Below the pieces are notes generated by a model. That model ran no database searches and was not told the origin of the DNA. It saw only the letters and a list, made by a program, of their open reading frames with translations. The translations under genes were made by a program, and so were the position numbers. DNA of 62,716 nucleotides from an uncultured Haloferacaceae archaeon (GTDB lineage: Archaea; Halobacteriota; Halobacteria; Halobacteriales; Haloferacaceae), in assembly GCA_964581495.1 (NCBI GenBank), contig CAZOOU010000001.1, positions 1 through 62,716 of the forward strand, given 5' to 3'. Numbering within the stretch: the stretch's first letter is position 1; each line of letters opens with the position of its first letter. This document shows, piece by piece, positions 19,900 through 30,284 of this stretch.

Positions 19900-21237
19900 T
19901 TATTGTATTGATTCACCGACAGAGAGCGCAGTCGACTCGACGAGCCCGCGGGCACGCTCGAACAGCCGGTCGGCCGCCGCTGGCTCCGGTGCGTCGGCAG
20001 TAATGCGGATGAGTGGTTCGGTGCCGCTGGCACGGATGAGTACCCAGCCACTCTCGGTTTCGATCCGGATGCCGTCGGTGGTGTCGATCCGGTCGTAGTC
20101 GCCGTCGAGCCGACGCCGAATCCGGTCGATCGCGTCGTACTTTGCATCGGCGTCGAGACACGCTCTCCGTGTGGTGTACCGACCGCAGAACGGAGCTAGC
20201 TGACTGGAAAGCGGGCCCGTGTCGCTGACGAGTTCGACCAGTTTGCCCGCCGCCAGGTGTCCGTCCGGACAGCGAGTGTGGTCGGCCCAGATCCACAGCC
20301 CACTGGGTTCGCCGCCGAAAACGACGTTCGAGCCGTCCATCGCGTCGGCAACCGCCATCTCACCGACTGCGCTTCGGACGACCTCGCCGCCGGCAGCCTG
20401 GACAGCGTCGTCGACCAGCGAGCTGGTGTCGACCGTGACTGCAGCCGAGTCACCCGGATCGACAGCTCGCGAGGCAAACAGCGCGAACAGCTCGTCGCCG
20501 GGGACGAATCGGCCTCTCTCGTCGACTGCCACCATACGGTCGGCATCCGCGTCGTGGGCGATCCCGAGGTCGGCGTCAGTCGATTTGACGACATCACGCA
20601 GCTGTTCGCAACTCGAAGCTGTCGGCTCGCTCGCTCGCCCCGGAAACGTACCATCCGGATGGCTGTTGAGCGTCAGCACCTGACAGCCCCGTTCGTCAAG
20701 CACGTCGGCAGTGAGTCCGCCGGCCCCGTTGCCCAGATCGACCACCACCGACATCCCGTCCATCGAGCCGAGGGCGTCGAGAAGCTGTCTGCGATGACGG
20801 TCCCGACAGTCGCTGCGTCGACTCACTGACCCGATGTCGTCCGCCGAGGCAAGCGAGACGGTGCCGGCGTTGGCCCGGCGAACGATTCGGCGATAGTCGG
20901 TACGGCTGAGTGCACGGCCCTCGGCACTCCAGAGTTTGAAGCCGTTGTCGCCCGCCGGGTTGTGCGAGCCCGTGATTGCCACGCCGAGATCCGCACCGAG
21001 CCACGAGACACTGCGGGCAATCGTCGGCGAGGATTCGACGCCGACCTGGATGACGCTGCTGCCACACTCTTCGATACCGGCGACCAGCGCGCGCTCTAAG
21101 AGTCGACCGCTGGCTCTGACATCTCGACCGACGACAACCAACTCGACCTCCGAGCCAATCGCCCGTCCGAGCCGAACTGCGAGACTGGTTCCAATAGTTT
21201 CTCCGACAGGACCACGAATGCCGCCCGTTCCAAACAT
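19900..21237 (-). CDS. glmM: phosphoglucosamine mutase / phosphohexomutase
   Basis: MFGTGGIRG, GSHNP phosphoserine loop, DADADR metal loop, GGEPSG, RASGTEP; next to glmS. Confidence 0.88.
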   Translation of the reverse strand: MFGTGGIRGPVGETIGTSLAVRLGRAIGSEVELVVVGRDVRASGRLLERALVAGIEECGSSVIQVGVESSPTIARSVSWLGADLGVAITGSHNPAGDNGFKLWSAEGRALSRTDYRRIVRRANAGTVSLASADDIGSVSRRSDCRDRHRRQLLDALGSMDGMSVVVDLGNGAGGLTADVLDERGCQVLTLNSHPDGTFPGRASEPTASSCEQLRDVVKSTDADLGIAHDADADRMVAVDERGRFVPGDELFALFASRAVDPGDSAAVTVDTSSLVDDAVQAAGGEVVRSAVGEMAVADAMDGSNVVFGGEPSGLWIWADHTRCPDGHLAAGKLVELVSDTGPLSSQLAPFCGRYTTRRACLDADAKYDAIDRIRRRLDGDYDRIDTTDGIRIETESGWVLIRASGTEPLIRITADAPEPAAADRLFERARGLVESTALSVGESIQ

Positions 21238-21369
21238 GGTCTGGTACTGTGGGCACTCCGGTATGAGTATAGGGCGCATACTCGCTGTTGGAAACTGCCT
21301 ACCGACAACTGAATGGGCAAAAAGCGGTCGACTGTTTACCGACACCACCTGAAAAGAGCGGTCGGCTGC

Positions 21370-23187
21370 CTACTCGACAGTGACGCTTTTCGCGAGGTTT
21401 CGTGGTTTGTCGATCGACCGTTCGAGCCGGTTGGCGACGTGATACGAGAGCAACTGGAGTTGGACGTTCGCCAACAGGCCGTTGAGCTCGGGCGTCGATG
21501 ACGGAATCGACACGAAGTCGTCGACGGTGGCTTTGACCTCGGTGGCGTCTTCGGGGGCAATCGCGATCACCCGCGCGCCGCGGGCTTGGACTTCCCGGAC
21601 GTTGTTCAGCGTTTTTTCGTCATGGTCGCCAGTAAAGACGGCTATGACGACTGTCTCGGGTGTGACCAACGCCAGCGGGCCGTGTTTGAGCTGGCCGGCC
21701 GCAAACCCTTCGGCGTGCTCGTAGGTGATCTCTTTGAACTTCAGCGCGCCCTCCAGCGCAACCGGGTGGGCGATCCCCCGGCCAATGAAGAAGTGGGCAT
21801 CCACTCCCTGGTATTTATCCATGAGTTCGGCAGTGGGATCGGCGTCGAGAATCGACTCGATCTGACCGGGAAGCTCGCCGAGCGAGCCCAGCAGGTCGCT
21901 GGATTTCTCGCTTGGCTCGCCGGTGATATCACGGTGGAGTCGCTCCGAGAGGAGTGCGAGGGCAGTGACCTGCGACGAGAACGTTTTCGTCGCTGCCACG
22001 CCGATCTCTGGGCCTGCACGAATGTAGAGCACATCGTCGGCCTCCCGTGCCGCGGTCGACCCGATAACGTTGGTCAGCGCGAGCCTGCGGGCCGGAGTAT
22101 CCTCGAGGCGACGGAGCGATTCAAGCGTGTCGGCGGTTTCGCCGGACTGAGTCACGCCAATAACGAGCGTTTCGTCGTCGACTGGCATCGGGTTCGAGGC
22201 GTACTCGCCGGCACGGTGGGCGTAGGCGGGAATCCCGCGTTGGCCGAGCAGGTGACAGCCGTACAGGGCGGCGTGATAGGAGGTGCCACAGGCGACGAAC
22301 TCGACCCGCGAGATGTCGCTGAAATCACCTGGCTCGAAATCATCGAACGTGATCGACTCGTCGATGGGATCGAACCGACCGTGGATTGTTTGGGTGAGCG
22401 AGGCGGGCTGTTCGTGGATCTCTTTGAGCATGTAGTGGTCGTACCCCGACTTTTCGGCGTCCTCGGAGGACCACTCGACCGTGTCGACTGGTCGGTCGAC
22501 GGGAGTCGCCGAGCGATCGAAAATGCCGTGGGAATCCGGACGCAGGACGGCGACGTCCTCGTTTTCGAGATAGATCACTCGGTCGGTGAACTCGATAAAC
22601 GCGGGCACATCGCTCGCAAGGAAGTAGCCGTTGTCGGCGAGCCCGACCACGAGCGGCGAGCCGTTTCGGGTCGCAAAGATCGCATCAGTGTCTTCGACGA
22701 CCATCGCCAGCGCGTAGCTGCCTTCGAGACGGTCGACTGCCTGCATGAACGCATCGAACGGTTCGGACCCCGCTTCGAGGAACTCCTCGACGAGATGGGG
22801 GACGACCTCGGTGTCGGTGTCGCTGGTGAACTCTCGGCCGCGCCCGCGGAGCTCCTCGCGGAGTTCGTCGTAGTTTTCGATGATACCGTTGTGGACGACT
22901 GCGACGCGGTCGGTCGAGCCGGTGTGTGGGTGGGCGTTTTCATCGCTTGGCTCGCCGTGGGTACTCCAGCGCGTGTGGCCAATGCCGATGGAGCCAGTCG
23001 GGTTGCGGGCATCAACGAGTGCTTTGAGTTGGGCGGCTTCACCCTCGCGTTTGAGCACGTCGATGCCGTGGCTGTTTTTCACCGCAAGACCGGCCGAGTC
23101 GTAGCCGCGGTATTCGAGGTTTTCGAGGCCTGCCATCAGATCGTCGACCGCATTACCCGAACTGATACGGCCAGTAATCCCACACAT
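21370..23187 (-). CDS. glmS: glutamine--fructose-6-phosphate transaminase
   Basis: MCGI, LEYRGYDSAG, GHTRWSTHG, C-terminal PRNLAKSVTVE. Confidence 0.98.
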   Translation of the reverse strand: MCGITGRISSGNAVDDLMAGLENLEYRGYDSAGLAVKNSHGIDVLKREGEAAQLKALVDARNPTGSIGIGHTRWSTHGEPSDENAHPHTGSTDRVAVVHNGIIENYDELREELRGRGREFTSDTDTEVVPHLVEEFLEAGSEPFDAFMQAVDRLEGSYALAMVVEDTDAIFATRNGSPLVVGLADNGYFLASDVPAFIEFTDRVIYLENEDVAVLRPDSHGIFDRSATPVDRPVDTVEWSSEDAEKSGYDHYMLKEIHEQPASLTQTIHGRFDPIDESITFDDFEPGDFSDISRVEFVACGTSYHAALYGCHLLGQRGIPAYAHRAGEYASNPMPVDDETLVIGVTQSGETADTLESLRRLEDTPARRLALTNVIGSTAAREADDVLYIRAGPEIGVAATKTFSSQVTALALLSERLHRDITGEPSEKSSDLLGSLGELPGQIESILDADPTAELMDKYQGVDAHFFIGRGIAHPVALEGALKFKEITYEHAEGFAAGQLKHGPLALVTPETVVIAVFTGDHDEKTLNNVREVQARGARVIAIAPEDATEVKATVDDFVSIPSSTPELNGLLANVQLQLLSYHVANRLERSIDKPRNLAKSVTVE

Positions 23188-23285
23188 CAGTCAACCCTCC
23201 GTGCGGGCAGCGTCCGGTCGACCGGTTGGAATGTGGGTGATTGCTGATCTGTTCGGCGTTGATCTGGGTTGTTGGGATGGCTCAT
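23187..23285 (-). CDS. putative 32-aa leader ORF (MSHPNNPDQRR...) coupled to glmS
   Basis: TGA overlaps the glmS ATG (TGATG); GGAGGG before the overlap. Confidence 0.42.
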   Translation of the reverse strand: MSHPNNPDQRRTDQQSPTFQPVDRTLPARRVD

Positions 23286-23352
23286 TGGTACGAGTGGGTC
23301 GATCAGTGTTCGAGCAGAGACTGTCAACACGCTCTCAGGACTCCCAACAGGC

Positions 23353-23360
23353 TTTGTTAT
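23353..23360 (-). promoter_or_regulatory. ATAACAAA locus motif upstream of glmS
   Basis: exact TTTGTTAT on the + strand, intergenic. Confidence 0.6.
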
Positions 23361-23577
23361 AGATCCATTGTCAGTAGCCACCCGGTGGATAACGTGCGGT
23401 AGGCGTCGAATACCAGACACCACACAGATCCTGACCACTCACCGACAGAACACACAGATACACCACAGACTGTCGTATGCTACATACCAGCTGCTGTGGT
23501 GGCGCTGGCAGTTATACGTCGGCTAAAAGCACGGACAGCAGAAGGGTTGGGACAGCTGTCTGTCGACGGGTACGGAG

Positions 23578-24153
23578 TTACTCGATGGAGTGATGAACCG
23601 TCCCCAAGAGGACGAAGCCTACAAGCGACAGACCGAACACAACACTCAGTGCGCTCGGGACCGCAACCAGCGCGGCTGCGAACAGTGCTAGGCTCAGCGT
23701 GGTGTGGCCGAGATAGTATTTCGGCCACGGTTGGTCTTGTTCATCGTCGGCGTCCAAAAACGGATACAGCTGCTCGGCGTTGTCGCCGAGAGCAACTGTT
23801 CCGCGGTTGCCATCGAACTCGATGACATCGGTGTCGTCCATCTTCGGGAGGTGACACTGATAGAGGCCAACGTAGACTCGTTTTCGCTCCTGAGACGACA
23901 GCGCGGTTTCGGGTTTGTCGTTTTCGATCGCCGCGATGTGTTCTGCGAGATCGCTCAGCGAGACGGTTTCGTCCGTCTCGCAGAGATATTTGAGCACGCG
24001 TCGACGGCGTTCGTTTTTCAGTACCTCGAAGACGAGATCGAGCGACAGCGGCTCGGCTGGCTGGGCGTCGGTCTCGACGGGTGCTGTTTCGGGGGTTGGT
24101 GTCTCTGTGCGGTGCGTCTGGGCTGTGTCTGTGGGGGCTGTTTGTGAACTCAT
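23578..24153 (-). CDS. membrane-anchored winged-helix protein (DUF7344-like)
   Basis: VFEVLKNERRRRVL...LSDLAEHIAA..E...RKRVYVGLYQCHLPKM, followed by two C-terminal TM helices. Confidence 0.85.
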   Translation of the reverse strand: MSSQTAPTDTAQTHRTETPTPETAPVETDAQPAEPLSLDLVFEVLKNERRRRVLKYLCETDETVSLSDLAEHIAAIENDKPETALSSQERKRVYVGLYQCHLPKMDDTDVIEFDGNRGTVALGDNAEQLYPFLDADDEQDQPWPKYYLGHTTLSLALFAAALVAVPSALSVVFGLSLVGFVLLGTVHHSIE

Positions 24154-24647
24154 GTGTCACGGGGGTAGGGGGGCTCGAACGTCCACGTGGGGGCGCGGAG
24201 CGGTCGAGTGGTTGTACCGTGCGGTATCAACAGCTGGCAGTGCCACCGAATCGGCGGCTTTGGTCGACGAACCACTGAGTAGTGACCGCGTACGGCCACC
24301 GATAGGCTCGAGTTATGTTTGCCGAGCCGGTGTTCGTCTGTGGTATGGCAGTGGCTACGCTAGCCCGGAGTGACGCCAGCATGCTGATGTTGGCGCGCGG
24401 GGATGGGTAGCAGCCGTCGCAGGGCGTCCAGCTGTGGACGTGGGGGCACTGACGAGCTGTGGGGTGTAGCATCGGTTTGTCTCTATGCAATTGTGTATTG
24501 TGAGACTAATTGTATAAATCTCACGTATGGTTTACTGATACTATAGCAGCGTAAGAACCCCCTACCATCGATCGATAGGTGTGCCATATTACCACATTTT
24601 GTGACTGTGTCATTCACCGGCTCACAGTATCCACTGCCTACTCGGGG

Positions 24648-25649
24648 CTACTGGCGGTCGATTTCGCCCAGCAGTGACCGAAGCCCCGCCGTGAGTTCGA
24701 CCTGCGGCTCGTAGCCGAGCTGTCGCCGAGCAGCCGAGAGCTCTGCCCGACTCCGGTCGATATCGCCTGGCCGCGGCTCGGTGTGGACGATCGGGACATC
24801 GTTGTCGACCAGCTCTCGAATCGTTTCGGCGAGCTCTAAGACCGAGGTCTCTGTTCCTGTACCGACGTTGTATGCCTGACCGGTGTGTGGTGTCACCCCC
24901 GCCGCGAGGTTCGCCCGGACGATATCCGAGATGTGGACGAAATCGCGGGTTTGGTCGCCCTCGCCGTGGACTTCGAGCGGCTCGCCGGCTCGGGCGCGCT
25001 CGACGAACGCATCGATCACACCGCTGTAGTCGCCGCGCTGGCCCGCCCCGTACACGTTGAAATACCGTAGGGCGACGGTCGGAAACTCGTACTGTTGGCC
25101 GTACACTCGCACATAGTGGTCCGCCGCGAGTTTATCGACCGCATACGGCGACAGGGGTGTCGGTGACTCGCTTTCGTCGACCGGCAACGCGGTTGGATCA
25201 CCGTAGGCCGCACAGCTCGATGCAAAAACGACACGTGTCCCCTGTTTGCGGGCGACATCAAGCAGCGAGACGGTCGCACCGACGTTCGTCTCGTGGCTCT
25301 CGGTGGGCCGCTCTAGGGACTCTTCGATGCTAACGATCGCTGCCTGATGGTAGACGATGTCGACCGTTGGAACCAGGGTTTCGAGCACTGCCTGCTCTCG
25401 AATATCTCCGTGGTGAAACTCGACGCTGTCGGGGAGCTCGGCGCGCTCGTCGTTCGAGCAGTTATCGAGGACGTGCACTTCGTTTTCGACCGCGAGCGCG
25501 TCGGCGAGATGGCTCCCAATAAACCCCGCACCGCCGGTGATCAGAATGGATTTATCAGTTGGTCCGATTGCTGTGTCGACGGCAGTCGACGCGCTGCCGG
25601 TGGTCGCTGTGCTGTCGGTGTCGCTCGGTGTTCTGTATTCTTCGCTCAT
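24648..25649 (-). CDS. NAD-dependent nucleotide-sugar epimerase/dehydratase
   Basis: TGGAGFIGSHL, YAVDK (YxxxK), LRYFNVYG, GDQTRDF. Confidence 0.93.
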   Translation of the reverse strand: MSEEYRTPSDTDSTATTGSASTAVDTAIGPTDKSILITGGAGFIGSHLADALAVENEVHVLDNCSNDERAELPDSVEFHHGDIREQAVLETLVPTVDIVYHQAAIVSIEESLERPTESHETNVGATVSLLDVARKQGTRVVFASSCAAYGDPTALPVDESESPTPLSPYAVDKLAADHYVRVYGQQYEFPTVALRYFNVYGAGQRGDYSGVIDAFVERARAGEPLEVHGEGDQTRDFVHISDIVRANLAAGVTPHTGQAYNVGTGTETSVLELAETIRELVDNDVPIVHTEPRPGDIDRSRAELSAARRQLGYEPQVELTAGLRSLLGEIDRQ

Positions 25650-25674
25650 TGGGCCGACCAGACAGTCAAACGGG

Positions 25675-25682
25675 TTTGTAAT
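25675..25682 (-). promoter_or_regulatory. motif variant ATTACAAA, 26 nt before the epimerase ATG
   Basis: TTTGTAAT on the + strand. Confidence 0.5.
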
Positions 25683-25711
25683 GGACGGACTGTCAGTTCG
25701 CAGGCAGTGGT

Positions 25712-26452
25712 TTACTCGCCGGCGAGCGGCTCGAAGTAGTGATCCAGGTGGGATTTCGCACGCGTTCGACGCTCGTCGACGATGTCGGCCATCGGCTGGT
25801 GGTCAGCATGCCACAGCCCCGGATGAACGAGCAGTTGGAACCTCTCGGCGAGTCCGTCGGGAAACGGTGGACTCGTCGTCCATTTTTGGCTGGAATCCGA
25901 CCAGTATTCGATCTCACTGAAAAACGGCGGCGCGTAGGTGTTGACAAACGCGTCGTAGGTTCGATCGAGCACCCACTCGGGCGGAATGTGAAACGACGCG
26001 GTCGACACCTCGCAGTCCAACAGTCGACCGAGAATCGTCAGCTCGTCGGCTACTTTGGCCGCAATCGACGCCTGGCTGGGTTGGTCAGCGATCTCCCAGT
26101 AGGCGTGGGTATCGAAATGCAGCGCGATATCGTGGCCCAGTTTCTCGATTCGCTGGAGCAGACGAACGTTTCGCGGACGCGTGAGGTCGTACACGGGCGC
26201 GCTCAACAGAAAACAGTACGTCGACTCGATGTCGAGTCGGTGTTCACACTCCGCCATCGCCAGCGCGCGGCCGAGCGAGAGGTCGACGTCGTGGCGCAGT
26301 AGAATCTCGCCCGCTTGGGGGCTGTCTGCCGAATCAAACAACGAAAACGCATAGCCAGCCTCCTGAAACGACCGAAGGAGCGTTTCGTACTGATCCAGTC
26401 GGTACTCGACAGTATCCAGCTCAGCCGGTGTCTCGCCAGCGCTGTCAGTCAT
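25712..26452 (-). CDS. polysaccharide deacetylase-fold protein
   Basis: LRHDVD, HDIALHFD, SFH, SDS and LVHP NodB-like motifs. Confidence 0.78.
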   Translation of the reverse strand: MTDSAGETPAELDTVEYRLDQYETLLRSFQEAGYAFSLFDSADSPQAGEILLRHDVDLSLGRALAMAECEHRLDIESTYCFLLSAPVYDLTRPRNVRLLQRIEKLGHDIALHFDTHAYWEIADQPSQASIAAKVADELTILGRLLDCEVSTASFHIPPEWVLDRTYDAFVNTYAPPFFSEIEYWSDSSQKWTTSPPFPDGLAERFQLLVHPGLWHADHQPMADIVDERRTRAKSHLDHYFEPLAGE

Positions 26453-27443
26453 CGCCACTGGTCGTCAGGTGTTGTTTTTGCTCGATGCCGTCGACGCGGC
26501 TGTGTTCGCCCGGCGACTCGAAAACCATTCCCGCCTGCGGTTGCCAGCCGTCGGCCTCCCAGTCGGTCACCAGCACCGAGCCGTCGGGCGTCGAGACGAT
26601 GAACTCGTCGGTGTGGAACACCGACATGATCTCGCCGGGGTCGGCATCGAGCCCGAAATCGCTCGAAAACGGTCGCACGGCCCAGATGTCGACGCGCTCG
26701 TCCTCACAAAAAGTGAACGCGCCCGGATACGGCCGGGTGACCGCTCGGACGAGATTGTAGATGTCGTCCATCGGTTCGCCCCAGTGAATATCGCCGTCGT
26801 CGGGCGTTCGTTTGGGGTAGTAGGTCGGCTCGCCGCTCTGTGGTTCGAACTCGTGTTCGCCGCGAGCGATCGGCCCGAGTACGTCCAGAAGCATCTCTTC
26901 GATCGAGAGCGTGACCTTGTAGTACAGCGACTGGATCGTGTCGAACTGATTGATATCGAACTTGCGAGTTGCGGCGACACCCCCGGCGTCGACGTCGGCG
27001 TCAAGTCGGATAATCGACAGCAGAAAGCGGTCGAGCTCTTCGATCAACGACCAGTTGAGCGGCGACCGGCCCCGTCCTTTCGGCAGGCCAAACGCGCTGC
27101 CGTGGTTACCGAGCACACCGTGAGAAAACGTCTCGAGCACCTCGCCCGGAATAATTCGGTTCCAGCCGTTGACGATCATGAGGTCGGCATCGAGCTCCTC
27201 GAAGAACGTCACATCCGCGTCGCCCATACTGTAGGTCTCGGGGTAGTAGATCGGGATGTCGTGCTCGTCGGCGATCTGCGCAAAATCGGTATACTTTGCG
27301 ACACCCGCCTTGTGGCCCATCTCGGGGGTGATCGAGACGAGCTGTGTAATCGGGACGCCCTCGTCCAGCAGTGTCTCTAAGACGTGGTGGCCTGGTGTCG
27401 AGACGCTCGTGTACACGATCTCGGTATCGTCAGGGATCTCCAT
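26445..27443 (-). CDS. formyltransferase (Fmt/ArnA-N-like), probably a sugar N-formyltransferase
   Basis: NHGSAFGLPKGRGRSPLNW, DADVDAG, YYPKRTPDDGDIHW, VRAVTRPYPGAF. Confidence 0.88.
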   Translation of the reverse strand: MEIPDDTEIVYTSVSTPGHHVLETLLDEGVPITQLVSITPEMGHKAGVAKYTDFAQIADEHDIPIYYPETYSMGDADVTFFEELDADLMIVNGWNRIIPGEVLETFSHGVLGNHGSAFGLPKGRGRSPLNWSLIEELDRFLLSIIRLDADVDAGGVAATRKFDINQFDTIQSLYYKVTLSIEEMLLDVLGPIARGEHEFEPQSGEPTYYPKRTPDDGDIHWGEPMDDIYNLVRAVTRPYPGAFTFCEDERVDIWAVRPFSSDFGLDADPGEIMSVFHTDEFIVSTPDGSVLVTDWEADGWQPQAGMVFESPGEHSRVDGIEQKQHLTTSGDD

Positions 27444-27471
27444 ACTGCCTATCCTGTCGGATACTGTCTGT

Positions 27472-27479
27472 TTTGTTAT
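27472..27479 (-). promoter_or_regulatory. ATAACAAA motif, 29 nt before the formyltransferase ATG
   Basis: exact TTTGTTAT. Confidence 0.65.
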
Positions 27480-27560
27480 GAAGCAGCCAAACCAGCCCGC
27501 ACGTCAGGCGAACAGGGTGTATCACTCTACGTGAGTGTATAATCCGTTCCTGCTCGATCG

Positions 27561-28565
27561 TTAGCCACTGATTGTCTGGTAGGCGCGTTTGGCGAGTGTC
27601 ATCTGTGGCCCGGTCGACTCGATTCGGTAGTAGGGTTCGAGCGACGCGCCGAACTTGCTTTTATATTTACAGAGCCGATCGGTGTTCGCACCCATCAGAT
27701 CGTACGCACTGATTGAGTCGACAGGTGGGTCGTCGATGAGGTCCTCGATGATCTGCCAGTGGAGATAGCTGTTGACGGTTGTGCCGTTGTACTCGCCGCG
27801 TGCGCCGCCCTGCCAGAAGTAGGCCGCATCGTTCGAGTACAACACCGTGATCCCGCTGAGAAACTCGCCGTCGGGATCGCGGGCGACGTACGTGCGTGCT
27901 CGCTCGTCGAGTGCGTCGACCAGATCACGGACGTAGGGCCACGACAGCGAGAACGGTTCATCCTGCTGGTCGTAGCGCGCTTTGGTCTGCTCGTAGACTG
28001 CGTTGGCCCCGTTTTGGCCCTCACGGTCGACACGCACGTCGAGATCGCGGACGTCTCGGATCTCACGACGAAGGCTTTTGCTACAGTCAGCCAAGAGCTC
28101 GTCGGCCGACTGCCCGTCGACTGGTAGTCGGTAGGTAAACGAGGTGTCGACTTCGAAGGCCGACCAGCGGTAGGGTCGCGGGTCGGTGTAGGCGGTGTTG
28201 CCGATCATCCAGAACAACGTCCTGGAGCCATCGATATCCAGTTCGTCGACGATAGCCTCAGCAAACCGTCGGTTAAGCCGTTCCTGTTTGCTTCGTTTCG
28301 GGCTGGCCGGCATCAAAATCGGACCCAGGTGGGGAACGCTAAAACCGGGCGGCGGCGACGTAATGACCCTTCCAATCGATTTGTGCTGGACGAACAGCGG
28401 AAGGAGTGCAACTGGGTTTTGCCCGTTGTAGCCCGCAAACAGGTGTAGTTCGCCGTTTGCGTGCTCGTCGAGAACCGAGAGCGCTTCGGGAGTGTGAAAC
28501 GGCTCGAAGCCGCGTTGCGGAAGAGCCGTTTCCCAGTCGGTCAGCCGGAGTCGTTCGAGTCGCAT
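27561..28565 (-). CDS. FemAB-like double-GNAT acyltransferase
   Basis: PFHTPE, SKSLRREI, YFWQGG, YDLMGAN, YKSKFG. Confidence 0.82.
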   Translation of the reverse strand: MRLERLRLTDWETALPQRGFEPFHTPEALSVLDEHANGELHLFAGYNGQNPVALLPLFVQHKSIGRVITSPPPGFSVPHLGPILMPASPKRSKQERLNRRFAEAIVDELDIDGSRTLFWMIGNTAYTDPRPYRWSAFEVDTSFTYRLPVDGQSADELLADCSKSLRREIRDVRDLDVRVDREGQNGANAVYEQTKARYDQQDEPFSLSWPYVRDLVDALDERARTYVARDPDGEFLSGITVLYSNDAAYFWQGGARGEYNGTTVNSYLHWQIIEDLIDDPPVDSISAYDLMGANTDRLCKYKSKFGASLEPYYRIESTGPQMTLAKRAYQTISG

Positions 28566-28613
28566 GAAATCAACCGAACAACGGCCGAGGTGCGTTTTGT
28601 TAGGCCCCGACTA

Positions 28614-29504
28614 TCAGCGATCAGCAACGGTGATCGGCACCTCGGGATGTTCGAGTTGGTCGTACAACTCACCCGGCGGGCCGACCCAGCCACCTAACTC
28701 CTGGGCGCGACCGATGAGACGGCGGTACAGCTCCGTATAGTTCGGAAAGTCGAACTCGCTAAAAAAGCGTGGATGCCACAGGACTGTCATCACCGCCTTG
28801 TTTTCGGCGGCCTCCTGCAGGATACGCTCGCACTCGCGCCACGCACCTTCGAGGTCACCTTCGACGTTCGGGAGCGCCAGCTCCATGATCGTCAGCGGGA
28901 AGACGACAAACTCGTCATCGAAGGGTCGTTTCGGATCGTAGCCATGGGAAAACCCGTACTCGGCCGACGAGCCGAGACTGCAGTCGTAACTGAGGCCGAT
29001 CGATCGGTGATGCTTCCATGTCTCGGGAATCGAGAGATTCAGATAGTGCTGTCGACCGCCCCTAATCGGGTTTCCAAGCGCGCGTTCGATCGCACGCTTT
29101 TCGGCGGCCAGGCGCTGGCGATCGGTTGGTGATTCGTACGACCCATGCAGACCGACCTCCCAGCCACCGGCGTCCAACTCGGCGATAAGATCGATAATTC
29201 GCTGGTCGTCGAGGTCGTATCGGCCGCCGAACAGCCGCCAGCCGTCTTTCGTGAGCCACTCACGCGGCGGGCGGTCACGGAACAGCCGTTGTTCGTTCAG
29301 AAAATAAAACGCCGATCGAACGCCGAGCTCTGCTTCGAGTGCCATGATCTCCTCGAACGTCCAAAACGTGTTCGTGGTCGGCAACAGCGACCTGAGATGG
29401 TCCGGGTCTCGGTCTCGGAGCGCGTACACGACCGAGTGAAACGTTTTGTACGGCCTGTCGACGTCGTGGGTCAGACAGAGCGCGAAGTTGTAGTCGTCGA
29501 ACAT
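28614..29504 (-). CDS. polysaccharide deacetylase family protein
   Basis: LTHDVD, EVGLHGSY, GGRQHYL, YDCSLG, VLWHP. Confidence 0.88.
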   Translation of the reverse strand: MFDDYNFALCLTHDVDRPYKTFHSVVYALRDRDPDHLRSLLPTTNTFWTFEEIMALEAELGVRSAFYFLNEQRLFRDRPPREWLTKDGWRLFGGRYDLDDQRIIDLIAELDAGGWEVGLHGSYESPTDRQRLAAEKRAIERALGNPIRGGRQHYLNLSIPETWKHHRSIGLSYDCSLGSSAEYGFSHGYDPKRPFDDEFVVFPLTIMELALPNVEGDLEGAWRECERILQEAAENKAVMTVLWHPRFFSEFDFPNYTELYRRLIGRAQELGGWVGPPGELYDQLEHPEVPITVADR

Positions 29505-29508
29505 CGTC

Positions 29509-30282
29509 TCAGGGTTTGAGTTGAAGGCCGTATTTGACCACGTTCGTAGCGGTATCCTTGGTGCGTTCGGCCAGCAGTTCGGCGTACGAGCTCGCCCATC
29601 GGTTGGGGTGAATCAACAGGCAGGCGCGGTCGACCTCGTTGGTCGACAGCAGATCAATGAGCTCCCACGTCGAGTCGACTTGGACCTGTTTGTCGCCCTC
29701 GCCCATCGTGTGGTCTTTGACTTTCAGCGGGCCGTCCTCCCACGTCCGACCAGTATCCGAAAAGTAGGTCACCTCCTCGAAATCCATCGACAGGTAGGCT
29801 TCGCCTAACAGGTCGTAGTCGGCGTATACTCGGTCGCCGGCCCACATATCACGGTTGTCGTGAGCGGTAAGTGGATTGCCGTGCATACAGATGGTCTCGA
29901 CCTCACAGAGCCGACGGAACCGACGGAGGTTCTGTGCGAACGATTCATGGGCAGCCTCGATATCGCCGTCGGCGGTGTCGAGATCCTCGTAGTGGTAGCC
30001 GATCTCGTGGCCCAACTGCTCGGTTTGCTGGATGAGCTCCGGTCGGAACGTTTTGGGGATGATCCGGTAGTAGTAGGTTGTCGGAATATCTCGGACGGCC
30101 TCGGTACGGGCCATCTGGAGGGCGTTCATCGGCTTGCGGTCGACGTCGTGGCGAACAATCAGGAACCGCTCGGGGAGCTGCTCGCTGCTGAGATACTCTC
30201 TGACAGTGATAAACTCGTAGCCAGCATCAAGGCCGGCATCCAACAGCGACGCGTAGGCTTCATCGCTGAAATCCGCTGGCAT
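29509..30282 (-). CDS. polysaccharide deacetylase-fold protein
   Basis: VRHDVD, HEIGYHYE, CMHGNP, YFSDTGR, LIHP; start MPADFS. Confidence 0.8.
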   Translation of the reverse strand: MPADFSDEAYASLLDAGLDAGYEFITVREYLSSEQLPERFLIVRHDVDRKPMNALQMARTEAVRDIPTTYYYRIIPKTFRPELIQQTEQLGHEIGYHYEDLDTADGDIEAAHESFAQNLRRFRRLCEVETICMHGNPLTAHDNRDMWAGDRVYADYDLLGEAYLSMDFEEVTYFSDTGRTWEDGPLKVKDHTMGEGDKQVQVDSTWELIDLLSTNEVDRACLLIHPNRWASSYAELLAERTKDTATNVVKYGLQLKP

Positions 30283-30284
30283 TA

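Noticed and set aside
21586-23247. 553-aa + strand ORF and similar long antisense ORFs (for example 38310..39332, 26469..27380, 55228..56634)
   Set aside because: These are shadow frames of well-supported genes in GC-rich DNA, with no motifs and non-halophilic composition.
23188-23360. glmS ribozyme in the glmS leader
   Set aside because: No recognisable ribozyme core; this element is bacterial, and the leader instead holds a coupled mini-ORF.
24154-24520. Repeated ACGTGGGGGC (about 24185 and 24438) and an 81-87 aa ORF in the DUF7344 leader
   Set aside because: Two 10-mers in GC-rich DNA and an uncoupled atypical ORF are too weak to call.
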